A program made the position numbers and the translations under genes. 64,000 bases of DNA from Mobula hypostoma (Eukaryota), in the NCBI RefSeq assembly GCF_963921235.1, contig NC_086098.1, positions 6,324,001-6,388,000 on the forward strand, given 5' to 3'. The notes beneath the pieces were generated by a model. The model worked only from the letters and a program-made list of their open reading frames with translations. It was not told the origin of the DNA and ran no database searches. Positions 62,498 to 64,000 of this stretch are shown one piece after another. Position 1 is the first letter of the stretch. Every line of letters begins with the position of its first letter.

Positions 62498-63860
62498 TCA
62501 CAACACTCTGGAGGAAGTCAGCGTCCATGGAAATGATCAGTCAACGTTTTGGGCCAGAACCCTTCGTCAGGACTGAAGAGGGAAGGGACAGAGGCCCTAT
62601 AAAGTAGGTGGGGGGAGGGTGGGAAGGAGAAGGCTGGTAGGTTCCAGGTGAAAAACCAGTAAGGGGAAAGATAAAGGGGTGGGGGAGGGGAAGCAGGGAG
62701 GTGATAGGCAGGAAAGGTGAAGAAGGAATAGAGGAAAACACAATGGGTAGTAGAAGGAGGCGGAACGATGAGGGAGGTGATAGGCAGCTGGGGGAGGGGG
62801 CAGAGTTAAATAGGGATAGGGGAAGGGAGGGGGAGGAAATTACCGGAAGTTGGAAAATTCTATATTCATACCAAGGGGCTGGAGACTACCTAGACGGTAC
62901 ATGAGGTGTTGCTCCTCCAACCTGAGTTTAGTGGGAAGCAGAGTTGAAGTGGGTGGCAACCGGGCGATCCTGTCTGTTGTGGCGGAGGGAGCGGAGGTGC
63001 TCGACGAAGCGGTCCCCCAATCTGCGTCGGGTTTCACCGATGTAGAGGAGGCCGCACCGGGAGCACCGGATGCAATAGATGACCCCAACAGACTCACAAG
63101 TGAAGTGTTGCCTCACCTGGAAGTACTGTTTGGGGCTCTGAATGGTGGCAAGAGAGGAGGTGTAGGGACAGGTGTAGCACTTACACTTTCAGGGATAAGT
63201 GCCTGGTGGGAGATCCGTGGGGAGGGACGTGTGGACCAGGGAGTCGCAGAGGGAACGATCCCTGCAGAAAGCGGAGAGGGGTGGAGAGGGAACGACGTGC
63301 TCAGTGGTGGGGTCCTGTTGAAGGTGGCGGAAGTTGCGGAGGATAACGTGCTGGATCCGGAGGCTGGTGTGGTGGTAGGTGAGGACAAGGGGAACTCTGT
63401 CCCTATTGTAGTGGCGGGAGGACGGGGTGAGGGCCAAAGTGTGGGAAATGGAGGAGATGCGGGTGAGGGCATCATTGATGACAGCAGAAGGGAAACCACG
63501 ATCCTTAAAGAAAGAGGACATTTGAGATGTCCTGGAATGGAAAACCTCATCCTGGGAGCAGATGCGGCGGAGACGGAGGAACTGGGAATAGGGAATGACA
63601 TTTTTGCATGTGGCAGGGTGGGAAGAGGTATAGTCGAGGTAGTTATGAGAGTCAGTGGGCTTGTAGAAGATGTCAGTGGACAGTCTGTCTCCAGAGATGG
63701 AGACCGAGAGATCAAGAAAGGGGAGAGATATGTCCGAGATAGACCAAGTGAATTTGAGGGCTGGGTGGAAGTTCAAAGTAAAGTCAATGAAATTGGCGAG
63801 CTCAGCATGGAAGCAGGAAGCAGCACCAATGTAGTCACCAATGTAGTGAAGGAAAAGTTC
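62498..63860 (-). mobile_element. Penelope-like retroelement 3' part: RT C-terminus, GIY-YIG endonuclease, terminal repeat with hammerhead (62537-62576)
   Basis: HYIGD (degenerate RYIDD), FHPALKFT, LPFLDLSV, YKPTDSHNYLDYTSSHP; VIYCIRCSRCGLLYIGET.R.L..RF.EH; hammerhead with G12->A. Confidence 0.93.
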
Positions 63861-64000
63861 ACATAATAACGAAGAGGCAGGCATAGTTGGGGCCCATGCG
63901 AGTGCCCTTATGGAGGAAACTAGAACACCTGGGGGAAACCCAAGCAATCACATGGAGGGTCATACAAACTCCTTTCAGACTTGATCTTTGAATTCCGATG

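Noticed and set aside
62850..63866. 338-aa plus-strand ORF
   Set aside because: Antisense shadow of the Penelope RT/GIY-YIG ORF; no independent protein motifs.

Overview
This is eukaryotic, transposon-dominated DNA. The repeat families (HER1-like CR1 LINEs with (TTCTATG)n-type tails, HE1/V-type tRNA SINEs, abundant Penelope remnants) point to a cartilaginous fish, probably a ray; this is an inference. No host gene could be named. Nearly all long ORFs are transposon-derived: CR1 APE-RT and ORF1 esterase, Rex1/Babar RT, Gypsy gag/pol, a Tx1-like L1 tail, and Penelope RT plus GIY-YIG. Insertions are deeply nested and several have readable target-site duplications (TSDs). The most interesting signal is RNA structure in short non-autonomous retroelements. 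(1) An apparently complete HDV-like ribozyme fold lies at 11235-11409, and its predicted cleavage site coincides with the 5' end of a ~470-bp ORF-less RTE-type element. (2) About a dozen minimal hammerhead motifs occur in Penelope terminal repeats; the best copy is at 43726-43765. (3) A degenerate twister-like motif at ~60565-60612 heads another RTE-type element. A few unique stretches with splice signals may be host exons (e.g. 4850-4942, ending ...LPPY...NESAV*). All folds were paired by eye and none was computed or assayed. Boundaries of old repeats are approximate.
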